Shown here piece after piece: positions 63,138 to 64,000 of a stretch of 64,000 nt of DNA. The DNA is taken from the NCBI GenBank assembly GCA_964016885.1, contig OZ024745.1, forward strand, positions 67,394,001 to 67,458,000. The letters run 5' to 3'. The notes under the pieces were generated by a model. It did not search any database. It saw only the letters and a program-made list of their open reading frames with translations, and was not told the DNA's origin. The number at the start of each line of letters is the position of its first letter. Within the stretch, counting starts at the first letter, position 1. A program made the position numbers and the translations under genes. This DNA is from Eledone cirrhosa. Taxonomy: Eukaryota.

Positions 63138-64000
63138 CTGTAATTTTGACAAATACTACAATGAAATATAAAACTTTATTAATATTTAAAAACAGAAAAG
63201 GAAGGAAAAAGCAAGGGTTGTGGGGTCACAGAAGAATGGGAGGGGGATGGTGGAATTTTATGGGCTCTGGGCCTGGGGCGCAGTGGGTTTGGGGCTGCGT
63301 CCCATGGACAAAACCGCAAAAGCATTTCTGTGGACAATGGCAAGCGACACGCGCTGCAACAGCCACCCCACTCCATGGGACTCCTTCCTCAGATTTCTTC
63401 TTTGCTCCATTACCAAATTATTTATAATATTTACACAGAAATACTTTGCAAATACCATAGAAATAATTCATATAATTAATGAAATAATACACGTTTTGAA
63501 TTTAATTTAAGGAAAGTAAAACCTCTTCTGTTTGAAAAATGATATTGAAGAGAATTATGGAAGAAAATATAACAAACGCAATTAAAGATCCTTCTTAGAT
63601 TATATATTTAGCTTCTTTCTTTTTCATAATTAACAAAACCAAATATATTTTAAATAATTTCTCTGCTTTTCACAGACATTTCATAAGTTAAATGATAGTT
63701 ATAAATTCAGTAATCACATTCAGCAAAATATGAATAGAGTCACTGATAACAGCAATAAAACTTCTAATTGTAAATAGTTGAATTATATAATACAATTTAA
63801 TTTATCAATCAGACATCAGTAATCCACAATTCACAATTCCCTCTACAGTTAAAAGAAAGCAGAGATAAAGGTCTAAAAGACAAACTATAGCACATGAAGA
63901 AAATAGATCACTTTATTCCATTTACGAGTCTTCATAAATTGAATTCTCTCTGAATGTAAAAATTAGTTAAATCATTCTAATATTTCCTTACATCAACAAG

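Overview
AT-rich, microsatellite-laden eukaryotic genomic DNA. The SINE, RTE and Penelope repertoire suggests a cephalopod such as Octopus (inference). The only host gene I can support is on the minus strand at about 52.4-63.1 kb. It is the 3' end of a secreted SCO-spondin/mucin-like gene (TSP1 x3, TIL, VWC, C-terminal cystine knot) whose exons I could splice in frame by hand. The rest is nested mobile DNA: a near full-length Tx1/L1-clade LINE in an (AAT)n tract, two large Penelope-like elements (Neptune-like and Naiad-like), CRE-like RLE retrotransposon remnants, a Merlin/IS1595-type DNA transposon carrying a solo LTR, tandem non-autonomous Helitrons, RTE fragments and tRNA-derived SINEs. The most notable signal is about 18 hammerhead-ribozyme (HHR) motifs from at least 7 sequence families. 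Most sit in fold-back (palindromic) Penelope-type inserts inside (TA)n tracts. They include a U3-A8 compensatory core variant, a variant with a ~105-nt stem II, and a non-coding 654-nt tandem monomer resembling a retrozyme. All folds were read by eye; none were computed or tested.
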